Shown piece by piece: positions 63,862 through 64,000 of a stretch of 64,000 bases of DNA; the first letter of the stretch is position 1; each line of letters begins with the position of its first letter. Below the pieces are notes generated by a model that searched no databases, was not told where the DNA came from, and was given only the letters and a program-made list of their open reading frames with translations. Position numbers and translations under genes: made by a program. Origin of the DNA: a virus; IMG/VR virus record IMGVR_UViG_3300046781_000054, positions 28,059 through 92,058 of that record; one strand, 5' to 3'.

Positions 63862-63884
63862 GAGGGTCGGTGTCCTTTCGGGGT

Positions 63885-64000
63885 TCAGGCGTTGATCGGG
63901 ATGGCGGGGTGCGGGGCGGTCTTGTTGGTCTCGGGGAGGTTGGCGCGGGCGGCGGTGAGGTAGCGGTCGGCGTCAGCGTCCGTGAGGTCGTAGCGGTGGC
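63885..64000 (-). CDS. 3' end of a hypothetical protein entering from beyond the window
   Basis: Open frame with GC3 bias ending TGA at 63885-63887. Confidence 0.45.
   Translation of the reverse strand, partial: HRYDLTDADADRYLTAARANLPETNKTAPHPAIPINA

Larger units (their letters stand above)
1..64000. mobile_element. Conjugative phage-plasmid (plasmid prophage, siphovirus-type virion genes), probable Streptomyces/actinomycete host; extends beyond both window ends
   Basis: parAB, rep, full terminase-to-lysis cluster and TraB/Spd region co-occur; WhiB, DUF2637 and DciA families; very high GC; no host genes. Confidence 0.9.

Noticed and set aside
35558-63895. Very long plus-strand ORFs (35558-37702, 38972-40894, 46579-48969, 55907-58327, 58264-60099, 61802-63895)
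   Set aside because: Antisense shadows of well-supported minus-strand genes, expected in high-GC DNA; no motifs or RBS
1-64000. CRISPR array, tRNA/rRNA, reverse transcriptase (DGR or retron), transposase
   Set aside because: No regularly spaced repeats, no tRNA consensus arms, no RT or DDE motifs seen

Overview
The whole 64 kb window is one high-GC (Streptomyces-like) mobile element with no host housekeeping genes and no visible att junction. It is a conjugative phage-plasmid with four parts. (1) A plasmid maintenance module: parA/parB with three copies of a 19-bp palindromic parS candidate, a rep gene with an internal DnaA box, and a translationally coupled DciA-like helicase loader. (2) Early and regulatory genes: WhiB-HTH fusion, 5mC methyltransferase, Rad52/Sak-like recombinase, four-RHH repressor, stand-alone WYL, GIY-YIG-like nuclease and two tyrosine-recombinase genes. 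(3) A complete siphovirus morphogenesis and lysis cluster (53.4 to 24.4 kb, minus strand). (4) A Streptomyces-type TraB/Spd conjugation region (54 to 64 kb). The most striking unannotated signal is regulatory. An element-specific promoter, GGGGAACA-N17-(-10 hexamer), recurs 8 times on the minus strand. At terS, portal and scaffold it is followed by an invariant 12-mer, AGGCGCGGGGCC, that can fold back over each gene's own start region. The window also holds several highly structured intergenic RNA candidates (18.2, 19.6, 22.6, 9.0 and 10.0 kb), a repressor-operator set (CCATAACGCAT), and a polarity-switching TGGCAG repeat cluster beside traB/spd. All product calls come from motif recognition by eye; no database searches or folding programs were run.
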